A DNA stretch of 64,000 nucleotides from an uncultured bacterium. GTDB taxonomy: Bacteria > Margulisbacteria > Marinamargulisbacteria > SXXA01. The position numbers and the translations under genes were made by a program. This document shows, one piece after another, positions 1 through 10,258 of this stretch; the first letter of the stretch is position 1, and each line of letters starts with the position of its first letter. The stretch is from assembly GCA_903864835.1 (NCBI GenBank), contig CAIPHK010000032.1, positions 3,230 through 67,229 of the forward strand, written 5' to 3'. The notes beneath the pieces were generated by a model. The model saw nothing but the letters and a program-made list of their open reading frames with translations, had not been told where the DNA came from and searched no databases.

Positions 1-151
1 TGTAGCCACAAACCACCACATGTTGATACTGACGCATCAGAATATAATGATTTCGTTTTTGGCGGCGACCGGCGTATCCACGGTCATTAACTTTACGGGT
101 CAGAGATTGTGGGTATTTCGTCAGCCAAAGCTACCGGGGAGTCAATTATAA
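1..151 (+). CDS. GtrA-family membrane protein, 3' end (partial, not in ORF track)
   Basis: Frame from nt 2 reads VATNHHMLILTHQNIMISFLAATGVSTVINFTGQRLWVFRQPKLPGSQL*; the AT..S..NF.GQ+.WVF ending is typical of GtrA-like proteins; TAA at 149-151. Confidence 0.7.
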   Translation, partial: VATNHHMLILTHQNIMISFLAATGVSTVINFTGQRLWVFRQPKLPGSQL

Positions 152-3100
152 ATTCGAAGCAAATCTTTGCCGCAATCGTGTGTTCAGCGGCATCTGCAAT
201 CTTTGTTCATACGTTAATTCAGTCGGGTGGTGGATCCGCGACGATTAGCCTCCGTGCCGTAGATGCGACGACCACCCCGATTAAGTCCTGCCAATTGCAA
301 TATTGGGGGCCAGTTATCGGCCAGGTTAAGTCGTCGGAGAGTAGAGAAATTCGATTACCTCGGATCCCTGAGGGGAATTATGAGTTTTTGATTCAAAGTC
401 CAGGGTTTCAAGGACGGCAATGGCGACAACGCGTCACTCAAAAAATGAATGACACAACGTTATTGGTTCGCCTAAACGTGGCAAAGCCCTCGGCCCCATT
501 TCGACCCGTTCGACTTCAAACTCCGCCCCATTCGACACTTCGACTCCTGTCTGAGGTTTCTCAAAAACGCTTAACACGGGTGAGAATTCGATGTTATCGG
601 ATGAATGCACCGATGAATCTTGCGGACCCCACGGTGTTGTCGTTACTTAAGAGTGTAGCGGAAGCCAGTCCGCGGCAAGAAACTCTGCCCTCCCCCCGAT
701 GGACCCTGGTTTGGGAAGACTATTTGACGGTGACTGGCGGGGTCCGGACTCTAGGGAATGGCGTGAACGCAAGGTCGTTTCGGATTCCAGGATTAGGGCA
801 ATATCCTGAATTAAGGTGTTCATTCTCGCATTCAGGCCTGTACACATTGGAAATAACGGCCGCTTCGGATAGTGGGTTATTTGATCCTATTCAATACCCG
901 GTACTAGTGAGTCCTTACCTCGTGTTTCAGGACAATAATAGGCATATCCATTGGCTGGATAGTGATAAAAATACCCCCGTAAATGGGACGGTATATGCGG
1001 CAACGGTGTTTGGCGAAGGATTGCAAATTCGCCGAATTGCCAATCTCAACCAATATAATCATTCACCGGTTTCAGTTCCTGGCGCTCGGTTTCTGATTCT
1101 TAGCAACGGGTCTAATGGGGTGACGATTATCCCTAATACTGAATTGCCTACCTACCCTACTCCTGGCGAATTGTGGATTTACGGCGATAGCGCGCAAACG
1201 CCGTCTCAATCGATATTGATGGTGCTGGCATCTGACCTAAAAAACCGCGTGCCGCAACTCGGTCGGTCCGAATCGATTCCTATACTCGATTTGAACCCAA
1301 TCGACAGCGCGGCTGAGATTCGGGTCGCACACGGCATTGGTACGATTGATATCGCTTGGATACCCCGATCCGAGATGGTCGTGATCAAACGTCAGGGATC
1401 CGCTCGTCGGTTGCACCGTCTTCCCGCAGTCAACGGGTCCGACCACTTTACACTACCTAATGAGGATAAGCCCCAGTCACTGCGCGGGCCTGTGTTTGGC
1501 TCAACGGACCTGCCAGACTACGCTGTAGGTGATTCGGTAAAGATAACGGTTTCCTCGGAAAAATCACAAACCGCTTTGATTGAATTTCCGGAGGGCTTAG
1601 GTGGGGGGGAGGTCTGGCTTAAACTTGGGAACGGACGTGAAACGTTAACTCGGAAGGTCAGTCGCAAATCGGGTGACGTAGCCTACGTAAAAATGACCAT
1701 GGGGGTCGGTACGCAGCTCAAGACGCATCTCATCCCGATCCATTTGCGATCTGACGGCGTCGTACCTACTGCCGAGTTTTCGGTTGATGTTGACGACCTC
1801 CGCCCGGGGGAAATGGCCCATCTCAAGATTAGATGTATTTCTACTCAGAACACGTTATTGGGGCGTCATTATGTAGTCGCCGCGGTTGCTCCTGTTGGCG
1901 CAAAGTTTACGCCGCCTCCCGTTGTTGAATGGGTTCGGCAGCAGGTCCTAAAGCGGTCATCCGTCGCGATTCGATGGCCAGCTCCCCTACTCGGAGCGGT
2001 TCAAACTCAGTTTGACCCAGATGGACCTGCTAATGTTGCGTTTCAAATTCCAAATACAACGGGCGAACTCGTACTACTTCTGATCTCCCAAATTGACGGA
2101 GTCGGTATCCAACAGACCATTCATCGTTTCCCGATTCGCCGACCGCTGGAAGTTCACGTTAGCTTGCCGACTAATGCACATCCCAACGATGTTATTAAAT
2201 GGTCGCCGTCGGTAAGAAATAATGAGAAACAACCGATATCAGGAACGTTAAAAACCTATTGGAACGATACCGCAATTTCCTCGCAATCGATTGTGGTTGC
2301 CCCGCAAGGGGTATGGTCGGAATATGGTGCTATTTCGATGCCCGCAACCGGGGAATCCGTAACCGGCGTGGTTAAAACTGTGTTCACGCCAGCGTCGGGT
2401 AATCCGGTGATTGTAAAGTCACTTTTGAAAATCACCCCGATTCATTTGCCCAAGATCATTAGAAGTTACGACATCCTTGCGGTTGATTCTGATACGCCGT
2501 CCACCGATATATCGGGTTGGTTGGGTGCGTCGCGGGAGCCGGTATGGATCACGGCGCACCCGGGTATTATCCGCCTTTTATTACTACAATCGATTCCAAT
2601 CGCCCCACTGTCGGACCTTGCGCTGGCGGCGTATCAAAAAATTGAAGCCGATCAATTATTATCTTCTGTTCGCAACGATGTCTGGGGCTCACTCATCGTC
2701 CGGGAACTACGGCGGCTTTCGACGGCCATGGACACACTGCGTACGCGTGGGATCGGGATCGAGGATTTGCCCCCTCAGCATGATAGACTTTTGACGGAGG
2801 CGTTAGTGGCGTTGAGCCAGATCAATAGCCAGGTACCCTCCGCTACAAGAGCGGGGGAGCTAGGGTACCTTTTAAGTAATATTTCACCGTCAGGGCATTT
2901 GTTCACTACTGGATTTGCATTAGGGGTCCTTTATCGGTGCCATTCAACGCAAACGCCCGAATTCTTCGAATCGATCGCGAATCAGTTTAGATCTCAGTTT
3001 GATAATCCCCTTTTTGTTCGGGGATTTCAGTTGGCCGAATCTCCCGTCACCGTGGGGCAGTCCAAAATAGAAGTGGCGGTTCCAACGGGAAATGGGTTGA

Positions 3101-3666
3101 CCGATTGGCTTCGAGGACCCATTGACGACCCTGTCGAAATGTTGGAAAGGGGTGCCATGATTTCTACATTGTTCAATTCGAAAGGGTTTCGGTATCAACT
3201 CATTGGCGATCGTAAGGTAATTCATGAGCAAGGCGTTAAGCTTGTGGGCGCAGTGACACTCCCCGAACGCCTCGAACACCCTCATTTGATGGCCAACAAC
3301 GGCCAACGATTTATTGTTTTTCGTAAGGCAATACACCCTCTTCAAGTTGAATCAAAAATGGCAAAATGGGAGGTGAGCTCGGAGGGGGTAACGCTCGTGA
3401 TCCCACTGCCTCAAAATAGTACTTCTAATGTGACGATCGCAATTCCGGTCACCACCGGATTAGCGATCAAAACCATACAGGGTGATAAACAAATCCTCCG
3501 GTCTATCTCCGATGCAGAATGGGTTTATGTGGCTATCCCTCGTGGCTCCCATTTTGTTCGGGTTACCTATGCGATCTTGTACAAGGGCTTTCGTCCCGCG
3601 TCGGTATCTTGGGTCCAAACACACCAAACCCGTCGCTACATTCGAATTCCAAAGGTGGAACTTTAA
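109..3666 (+). CDS. Divergent alpha-2-macroglobulin-like exported protein, no thioester motif
   Basis: N-terminal hydrophobic segment; MG-like STDLPDYAVGDSVKITV; A2M-like FQIPNTTG...RRPLEVHVSLPTNAHPNDVIKWSPSVRNN; no CxEQ; start codon uncertain. Confidence 0.6.
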   Translation: MGISSAKATGESIINSKQIFAAIVCSAASAIFVHTLIQSGGGSATISLRAVDATTTPIKSCQLQYWGPVIGQVKSSESREIRLPRIPEGNYEFLIQSPGFQGRQWRQRVTQKMNDTTLLVRLNVAKPSAPFRPVRLQTPPHSTLRLLSEVSQKRLTRVRIRCYRMNAPMNLADPTVLSLLKSVAEASPRQETLPSPRWTLVWEDYLTVTGGVRTLGNGVNARSFRIPGLGQYPELRCSFSHSGLYTLEITAASDSGLFDPIQYPVLVSPYLVFQDNNRHIHWLDSDKNTPVNGTVYAATVFGEGLQIRRIANLNQYNHSPVSVPGARFLILSNGSNGVTIIPNTELPTYPTPGELWIYGDSAQTPSQSILMVLASDLKNRVPQLGRSESIPILDLNPIDSAAEIRVAHGIGTIDIAWIPRSEMVVIKRQGSARRLHRLPAVNGSDHFTLPNEDKPQSLRGPVFGSTDLPDYAVGDSVKITVSSEKSQTALIEFPEGLGGGEVWLKLGNGRETLTRKVSRKSGDVAYVKMTMGVGTQLKTHLIPIHLRSDGVVPTAEFSVDVDDLRPGEMAHLKIRCISTQNTLLGRHYVVAAVAPVGAKFTPPPVVEWVRQQVLKRSSVAIRWPAPLLGAVQTQFDPDGPANVAFQIPNTTGELVLLLISQIDGVGIQQTIHRFPIRRPLEVHVSLPTNAHPNDVIKWSPSVRNNEKQPISGTLKTYWNDTAISSQSIVVAPQGVWSEYGAISMPATGESVTGVVKTVFTPASGNPVIVKSLLKITPIHLPKIIRSYDILAVDSDTPSTDISGWLGASREPVWITAHPGIIRLLLLQSIPIAPLSDLALAAYQKIEADQLLSSVRNDVWGSLIVRELRRLSTAMDTLRTRGIGIEDLPPQHDRLLTEALVALSQINSQVPSATRAGELGYLLSNISPSGHLFTTGFALGVLYRCHSTQTPEFFESIANQFRSQFDNPLFVRGFQLAESPVTVGQSKIEVAVPTGNGLTDWLRGPIDDPVEMLERGAMISTLFNSKGFRYQLIGDRKVIHEQGVKLVGAVTLPERLEHPHLMANNGQRFIVFRKAIHPLQVESKMAKWEVSSEGVTLVIPLPQNSTSNVTIAIPVTTGLAIKTIQGDKQILRSISDAEWVYVAIPRGSHFVRVTYAILYKGFRPASVSWVQTHQTRRYIRIPKVEL

Positions 3667-3667
3667 A

Positions 3668-4951
3668 ATGGAAACTATCGAGTCGGTCTGGGTTAATTTT
3701 TGGAACTGTTATGGAATATCAACCGGGGCGGGGCCATTGGTTGGGCTTATCAATTCAGTGGATGACCGCCGCCCTACTGCCGTAGTTGCGATTACTGAGA
3801 AATCATTTTTGTGGATTGCAGACTTAAGGGTGAAGCCGATTGCAAAAGTGATTTCATTTGATGAGGAACATAACGTTTTTCTAATTGGAAACAAGCCGGT
3901 TTCAATTGCAGACCTACCGGCGCTGTTTGAGAAACTATTGTCTCTCATAACGGACTATCGTGTGGGTTGGCTGCGATTGGTTCCTCGGTCCAAAACAAGA
4001 AATTCTTTAGGTCGCAATCTTTACTGGGATAAAATCGCAGACAGTTTAGCGGAAAAAATCCATTTCCTAGGCGCGGCGGAAATCACCTCAATCGGGACGC
4101 CTCAACATCTGATATTGAACGGGATGTTGAATGGGCTGTCGCGATTGCGACGATGCGCGGTATTTTTATCCACTTCGGATTTAACCTTACCCTGGGCGTC
4201 GATGATGGAAGAAAAGTCCCCGTTGGACGACGCTCTTTCTAACGGATTTTTGGCGCATATTTTTACTAAAACCACAGAAGAAATTTTGAGCACCGGGGTC
4301 GTTGAAGTGGCCGGGAAACGTCTTCCCGTCGAGGTTGTATACGATTTGTATTGTGAATTTACCCAAGACTCGGTTATTAAGCGGGTATTTGGAAAGTTGG
4401 ATGCCCGATGGTTCGGTGTGGCAACATCCAATAATGACGAGGACCGACAATTTTTTTGGCTGACAGCAGGTATCTCATTTGATCAGTTTGTAACGATCCT
4501 TATCACGACCGTGGATACCCTCATCGCGGATCTCTCGATTTTGCATATGACGATCATTAAGGACAGGGTCTACGCGATACCCGTCGGATTTCTTCCGATT
4601 ACGTCCGACGCATCAAAGGCCCAATTTCTTTCCGGATTGGTTACCGTCGCTCAGAAAGTTGCAACTCTTCAAGGATTTATAGAATGGAATTGCGAACTAT
4701 TCCCAGAAATCAAGACCGCAAAGCAACTTTTATCCAACACGGCAACCCGAATCGACACTATTATTCGAACGCTGCAGACCTCTGAAAAGCCCTCAGATAC
4801 GTTGGCGGGACAAATAGAATCCACCCGGGCCAGGATTCAGTTTTCCATTCACTTGATGTCTGAAAAGATTTCAGTAATCCATTCTCAAGACGTTTTAAAT
4901 AAACTTTCGGGGATCGTTGCAGACGTCGAGATGGTATTGAGCCAAGGTTAA
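3668..4951 (+). CDS. Hypothetical protein (427 aa)
   Basis: Long ORF; ATG at 3668 is 1 nt after the upstream stop, preferred over the overlapping 3482 start; no recognisable motif. Confidence 0.65.
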   Translation: METIESVWVNFWNCYGISTGAGPLVGLINSVDDRRPTAVVAITEKSFLWIADLRVKPIAKVISFDEEHNVFLIGNKPVSIADLPALFEKLLSLITDYRVGWLRLVPRSKTRNSLGRNLYWDKIADSLAEKIHFLGAAEITSIGTPQHLILNGMLNGLSRLRRCAVFLSTSDLTLPWASMMEEKSPLDDALSNGFLAHIFTKTTEEILSTGVVEVAGKRLPVEVVYDLYCEFTQDSVIKRVFGKLDARWFGVATSNNDEDRQFFWLTAGISFDQFVTILITTVDTLIADLSILHMTIIKDRVYAIPVGFLPITSDASKAQFLSGLVTVAQKVATLQGFIEWNCELFPEIKTAKQLLSNTATRIDTIIRTLQTSEKPSDTLAGQIESTRARIQFSIHLMSEKISVIHSQDVLNKLSGIVADVEMVLSQG

Positions 4952-4984
4952 AAAAACGCGTCGTCAACGCATATCTGTTCCTTT

Positions 4985-5013
4985 TTGCCGCAGGTCTTAT
5001 AAAAAGCTATAAT
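4985..5013 (+). promoter_or_regulatory. sigma70-type promoter of pckA
   Basis: TTGCCG-17 bp-TATAAT; SD AAGGAG at 5035-5040. Confidence 0.65.
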
Positions 5014-5047
5014 GCCACGCAACAATCTTGTCCTAAGGAGCCTTTGA

Positions 5048-6670
5048 ATGCCAACCGAAACGCAATCAACAGTCAATATCTCAGACTTGGGGATACATAA
5101 TATATCAGCGATTCATTATAACCCGTCCTATGAGACCTTATTCACCCATGAAACCGATCCCCGTCTCGGTGGATACGAACGAGGCCAGTTAACTGAACTG
5201 GATACCATCAATGTGAGTACCGGTCGATTTACCGGACGATCCCCTAAAGATAAATATATCGTTCGCGATAACGATACAGAAAATTCGGTATGGTGGGATA
5301 ATGACGGATCCGACAACAAGCCGCTTACCCAATCGGCATGGGCAGAATTGCGTCAGATTTCTGTAGAGCAATTAAGCAACAAAGAACTGTATGTTGTTGA
5401 TGGATTTTGTGGTGCCAACCCAAGTACCCGTTTATCGGTACGTCTGGTCACCGAAGTTGCATGGCAAGCCCACTTTTTTAAAAATATGTTTATTCGACCT
5501 ACTGCTGAGGAAACGACTCAATTCAAGCCGGATTGGACGATTTTAAATAGCTGCAAAGCAACCGCAAAAAATTTCAAGGAGTTGGGTTTGCGAGCGGATA
5601 CATTTGTTGCGTTTAATATCACCGAAAGAGTGACCCTAATCGGTGGGACTTGGTACGGCGGCGAAATGAAAAAGGGCATTTTCTCTATCATGAATTACTT
5701 TTTACCGTTGAAAGGGATTGGGTCGTTCCACTGTTCTGCAAACCAAGGACAAAATGGCGATACCGCATTGTTTTTTGGATTGTCGGGTACAGGAAAAACA
5801 ACATTATCCACTGATCCGAAGCGGAAATTGATCGGCGATGATGAGCACGGATGGGATGACGCCGGAATTTTTAATTTTGAAGGCGGATGTTACGCAAAGA
5901 CTATAGATCTGACCGCGGAGAAAGAGCCGGATATTTTTGGTGCCATTCGACGCAACGCACTTTTAGAGAACCTTGACGTAAACGAAAAAGGGAAGATCGA
6001 TTTTGCATCGTCACGGTATACCGAAAACACTCGTGTCTCGTATCCGATTGACCACATTCACAATATCGTAAAGCCAATATCTCAAGGCACGCATCCCAAA
6101 AAGATAATATTTTTGACGTGTGATGCATACGGAGTATTGCCGCCGGTATCTAAATTGACCAACGAGCAGGCGATGTACCAATACCTGAGTGGGTACACTG
6201 CAAAGGTTGCAGGTACAGAGTTAGGGGTTACTGAACCCACCGCAACATTCTCTGCTTGTTTTGGACGGGCATTTTTGTTGGTTCACCCCACTATGTACGC
6301 GGAAATTTTGGGGAAAAAGATGGAGGAACACGGGTCTACGGCGTATCTTGTAAACACAGGTTGGAATGGCGGTGGCTATGGCGTCGGTAAGCGCATCAGC
6401 CTGAAGGCTACACGAGCGATTATTGACTCTATTTTAGATGGCTCTATTGAAAAAGCTGAATTTGATTCCTTCGATGTATTTAATTTCAAAATTCCTAAGT
6501 CACTGCCGGGTGTTGATTCAGAACTATTGAATCCCACCGCAACTTGGGCAGATAAAGCCGAGTATAAGGCGACCATTGATAAACTTGCCCTGCAATTTGT
6601 TGAGAATTTTAAGAAGTTCACAACGACGTCGGTTGGTAAATCAGTCGAAGCTATCGGGCCTAAATCGTAG
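5048..6670 (+). CDS. pckA: Phosphoenolpyruvate carboxykinase (ATP)
   Basis: [48 protein letters not shown] motifs. Confidence 0.97.
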   Translation: MPTETQSTVNISDLGIHNISAIHYNPSYETLFTHETDPRLGGYERGQLTELDTINVSTGRFTGRSPKDKYIVRDNDTENSVWWDNDGSDNKPLTQSAWAELRQISVEQLSNKELYVVDGFCGANPSTRLSVRLVTEVAWQAHFFKNMFIRPTAEETTQFKPDWTILNSCKATAKNFKELGLRADTFVAFNITERVTLIGGTWYGGEMKKGIFSIMNYFLPLKGIGSFHCSANQGQNGDTALFFGLSGTGKTTLSTDPKRKLIGDDEHGWDDAGIFNFEGGCYAKTIDLTAEKEPDIFGAIRRNALLENLDVNEKGKIDFASSRYTENTRVSYPIDHIHNIVKPISQGTHPKKIIFLTCDAYGVLPPVSKLTNEQAMYQYLSGYTAKVAGTELGVTEPTATFSACFGRAFLLVHPTMYAEILGKKMEEHGSTAYLVNTGWNGGGYGVGKRISLKATRAIIDSILDGSIEKAEFDSFDVFNFKIPKSLPGVDSELLNPTATWADKAEYKATIDKLALQFVENFKKFTTTSVGKSVEAIGPKS

Positions 6671-6678
6671 GCCAGGCC

Positions 6679-6710
6679 ATTTTCAGTGGGGCGGATGCCC
6701 CACTGAAAAT
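6679..6710. repeat. Perfect 14-bp inverted repeat after pckA (RNA hairpin, possible terminator/stabiliser)
   Basis: ATTTTCAGTGGGGC-GGAT-GCCCCACTGAAAAT; no 3' U-tract on either strand. Confidence 0.7.
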
Positions 6711-6758
6711 CCTGTCAGAAAATGGAACCATTCCCCGGTTCCAAAGGTCTAAACTACT

Positions 6759-8150
6759 ATGAATATTACCAAACGTACCTCCAAATTGTGGTTTTCTCTT
6801 TCATTGCCTGTATATCTGCTTCTTTTCTATGGGTCTCCTGCCTTTGCCGTCGGCTATGTGGATGTAGGATTTGATGCCGGTGCCTTTTGGGTAACGGACC
6901 CTGCCTTTAGCGACGCATTTGGAAAAGACGTCCTCTTTTCAGGGAAACTAGGGTTCGTCGACACCGAAAACAACTGGGAAGTGTTGGGTAAAATTGGGCA
7001 CTACCAAGCCACATCACAAGCCAATAAGTACGTTGGTAAAAACTTTAGGGTGAATATTACTCCGATTACTGCCAGTCTTGTTTATCATTTTGGAGATCGG
7101 GACGGGGTAATTCAGCCGTATTTGGGAATTGGGGGAGACGCCTATTTTTACGGAATTCAAGATGATATCTACGGCGTTCTTGATACTGGGTCACGGTTTG
7201 GCGCGCATTACCTGGCAGGGCTTCGGTTCAACCTTACGCCGAGAGCGGCGATCACCGTCGAATATACGCAGACATATTCGCCAAAGTCGGTATTTTTTGA
7301 TTCGTCTGTCAACTTTAATTCACAAGCCATTACCGTCGGGCTCAGTTTTAATCTCCAGCCTATTTTAACAAAAAATAGAACTGAATTTGGACACGAAGGG
7401 CGATATCAGGATTCCCTTTTAGACGAAATTAACTCGGTACAATCTGAAATAAAAAAGATGAAAGATAACCGGGATAAAATCGAAAGAAAAATAGATTCCT
7501 TTTATGAAAGTGACGAGTTGGAAACCAGTCTCGGAATTAGATCGGCTTTGGCACAAAAGGCCCCGTTAGTGGGTGTCGGAATTAGAGTAATTGATCCTGT
7601 TACGGGAGCACTTCTTGCGGCGGGAGTAATTTCGACGATCGAATCGACAGATACAAAGACACATATAACTCTTAAAAATACAGATGGCTGGACGCTTTCT
7701 CTCGATATTGAAAGTAAAACAGTGGCCATCGGCGACAAGTTAAATATCGGATTTGATGCCCAAAATATTAATTCATCAATTACGGTTTTAACCGCAAGAG
7801 ACGAAAAAGAGTTTGCCCGACAGCTGCGGGCTGTTCAATATTTGCAGGGCAAGTTAAAGATCATTGATGAAAAAATTGCGAAAGCAGAAACCTATGTTTC
7901 TGGACTGCGAGATAAATGGAATCAGAAGCCGAATGAGCCTGTTACCGTTATTGTTGAGCAGGATCCGGTCTTCTATCCTCGGCGGCGTTCCTACGGTTAT
8001 GGTCCGCGTCCTTATTCGTTTGAATATGTAGATTACCATTACACGGCCCCCGTTATGACGACGCCCGTACCCCCAGTTTCGATTGAAGAAAGAGAAGCTT
8101 ATTTCAAAAAGAAGCAGGACTATATTCGGGCGTTAAAAGCAGGAAAATAG
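6759..8150 (+). CDS. Outer-membrane beta-barrel (OmpA/OmpW-like) protein with C-terminal coiled-coil extension
   Basis: Signal peptide ending AFA; amphipathic strands PITASLVYHF, QPYLGIGG, LAGLRFNL, VGLSFNL; two heptad-rich helices in the C-terminal half. Confidence 0.7.
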   Translation: MNITKRTSKLWFSLSLPVYLLLFYGSPAFAVGYVDVGFDAGAFWVTDPAFSDAFGKDVLFSGKLGFVDTENNWEVLGKIGHYQATSQANKYVGKNFRVNITPITASLVYHFGDRDGVIQPYLGIGGDAYFYGIQDDIYGVLDTGSRFGAHYLAGLRFNLTPRAAITVEYTQTYSPKSVFFDSSVNFNSQAITVGLSFNLQPILTKNRTEFGHEGRYQDSLLDEINSVQSEIKKMKDNRDKIERKIDSFYESDELETSLGIRSALAQKAPLVGVGIRVIDPVTGALLAAGVISTIESTDTKTHITLKNTDGWTLSLDIESKTVAIGDKLNIGFDAQNINSSITVLTARDEKEFARQLRAVQYLQGKLKIIDEKIAKAETYVSGLRDKWNQKPNEPVTVIVEQDPVFYPRRRSYGYGPRPYSFEYVDYHYTAPVMTTPVPPVSIEEREAYFKKKQDYIRALKAGK

Positions 8151-8152
8151 CC

Positions 8153-10258
8153 TTAGAAAAAATATTTTTTTCGATGGGGATCGGGTGCGGGGGCATCGTC
8201 CCCATCCCATTCGGGGCGAGGTAGTGGCGGTACCGACGACACTGTTTGCCGATGCCGAATCCCGAACTTTTCCGGTTTCTCATCCTTAAGAACCCATTTT
8301 TCTGCTAAGTCATCGAGTAACTGGTAGTCGTCTAAAAAACGGGATAACTTGCTAAATGTAATTCCGGGAAATCGGTGAAAATTCCCAGCGGCAGCATCCA
8401 AGTTGGGCTTAATTATAAACAGATGATCCTTTGCCCGGGTCAATGCGACGTAGAGAAGGCGGCGCTCCTCTTCAAGTTGTGCAAGGTCTCCCAAGGATTG
8501 AAACGAGGGAAGGTACCCGTCGACCACGGAAATAAGGAAGACTGCTTTCCATTCCAGGCCCTTTGCCGAATGGATCGTCGACAACGTTATTCGTTCATCC
8601 TCATAATCGGAGGCGGTTGCGTCGATTTGGGTTTGATCGGGTGGCTCTAAACTGATCTCTGACAGGAAACGATCCAACGATGGGTATCTTGCCGCGATGT
8701 TTTTAAGCGAATCCAGATCTGTAATTCGCTTTGAATAGTCATCATATTTGAGGCGAAACATGGGAAGGTAATGCGTCAATGCGAGGTCCAATAGTTGACT
8801 CGGAGTTTCAGAGTCCGTCCGTAAGACAAGGCTGATCAATCTTTGGAGATCATGGGAATATTTTTTGCCAATAAATGGGGAAGGCATGGTTGCCTGCCGC
8901 CGTAATCCCGGCACTATTTTTAGAAACTGCCCGATGGTCTTTGCACCAACGCCGTCGACCAATTGAAGGACTCGACTCCAACTCACAATATCGGCGGGGT
9001 TTTGAATTAGACGTAAATAGGATAACAGATCTTTGACATGGGCGGTCTCAACAAATTTAAAACCACCGAACTTCTGGAATGGAATATTTCGGGATTGAAG
9101 TTCAACTTCTAGATCGTTTGAATGCCAGCCAGACCGAAATAAGACAGCCATTTCGTTTAGCGGAATCCCGGTTTCTCGGAGTTCTAAAATTTTTTGGGCA
9201 ATAAAACGGCTTTGGGTATTTTCATCAGCGGCATCGATATAAACAGGAAGCTCCCCATCTGGCCGGTGGGTAAAGAGGGTCTTGGAGTATTTTTCTCTGG
9301 CTTTTTCAATGAGTGCGTTCGTCAGATTTAAAATGGGTTGGGAACTTCGATAGTTTTGTTCCAGCTTAATGACTTTGGTTCCGTCGAAAAATGTGGGAAA
9401 TTCAATGATGTTTTTGAAGCTTGCGCCGCGAAACGAATAAATACTTTGGGAATCATCCCCCACTACCATGATGTTTTTCTGGGGGTTGGTAAGTAACTTA
9501 ATCACGTCGGATTGCAATGAATTGGTGTCCTGATATTCATCTACCATGATGTAGCGGTAGGTGGCCTGTAGTTCACCCCGAATGTCAGCATGGTCTATTA
9601 AAAGCTGCCGGAGTTTCACCAAGAGATCATCATAATCCATGACTTGGATTTCTGATTTCCGGGACTGGTACGCTGCGTTGATGGCGACGAGGCTCTCTTC
9701 GTAATCTATAAACTGGGGGTAGTCGCTGGTGATAACACGGCCAATGGACCGCCCCGTATTCACCGACATGCTAATAATTGATCCAATTGTGGATTTTTTC
9801 GGGAACCGTTTATCGGTTTTGATGTCCCCTCCTTCGGCCCGAATCAGCCCCAGGAGTTCATCGGCATCCGATCGATCCAAAATGGTGAAACCCGGCCCAT
9901 ACCCAATCGCCGATCCGTAATGGCGCAAGACGACGTTTGCGAAACTATGAAATGTCCCCCCAGACACCTGTTCACACCGATGGTCCAGGACCTGAGTGGC
10001 GCGACGTAACATTTCCTGGGCCGACTTTTTCGTAAATGTGAGTAATAGAATCGCTTCGGGCGAGACGCCTTGATTCACTAAATGAGCCAATCGGTACACC
10101 AACGTTTTGGTTTTTCCAGACCCTGCGCCTGCAATCACTAGTACGGGGCCCTCTGTTGTCATCACGGCCTCCCGTTGGGCGGGATTAAGTTCCTCCAAGT
10201 CCAACGGGACCGACCGGATGACAGCCGATTGGTATGGCTTAAGCGTGTATTCTTTCAT
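8153..10258 (-). CDS. UvrD/PcrA-family SF1 DNA helicase
   Basis: LNPAQ, AGAGSGKT, TFHS, VDEYQD, VGDDSQSIYSFRGA, LEQNYRS, STIHSAKGLEW, EERRLLYVALTRAK; likely start MKEYTL at 10258. Confidence 0.93.
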   Translation of the reverse strand: MKEYTLKPYQSAVIRSVPLDLEELNPAQREAVMTTEGPVLVIAGAGSGKTKTLVYRLAHLVNQGVSPEAILLLTFTKKSAQEMLRRATQVLDHRCEQVSGGTFHSFANVVLRHYGSAIGYGPGFTILDRSDADELLGLIRAEGGDIKTDKRFPKKSTIGSIISMSVNTGRSIGRVITSDYPQFIDYEESLVAINAAYQSRKSEIQVMDYDDLLVKLRQLLIDHADIRGELQATYRYIMVDEYQDTNSLQSDVIKLLTNPQKNIMVVGDDSQSIYSFRGASFKNIIEFPTFFDGTKVIKLEQNYRSSQPILNLTNALIEKAREKYSKTLFTHRPDGELPVYIDAADENTQSRFIAQKILELRETGIPLNEMAVLFRSGWHSNDLEVELQSRNIPFQKFGGFKFVETAHVKDLLSYLRLIQNPADIVSWSRVLQLVDGVGAKTIGQFLKIVPGLRRQATMPSPFIGKKYSHDLQRLISLVLRTDSETPSQLLDLALTHYLPMFRLKYDDYSKRITDLDSLKNIAARYPSLDRFLSEISLEPPDQTQIDATASDYEDERITLSTIHSAKGLEWKAVFLISVVDGYLPSFQSLGDLAQLEEERRLLYVALTRAKDHLFIIKPNLDAAAGNFHRFPGITFSKLSRFLDDYQLLDDLAEKWVLKDEKPEKFGIRHRQTVSSVPPLPRPEWDGDDAPAPDPHRKKYFF

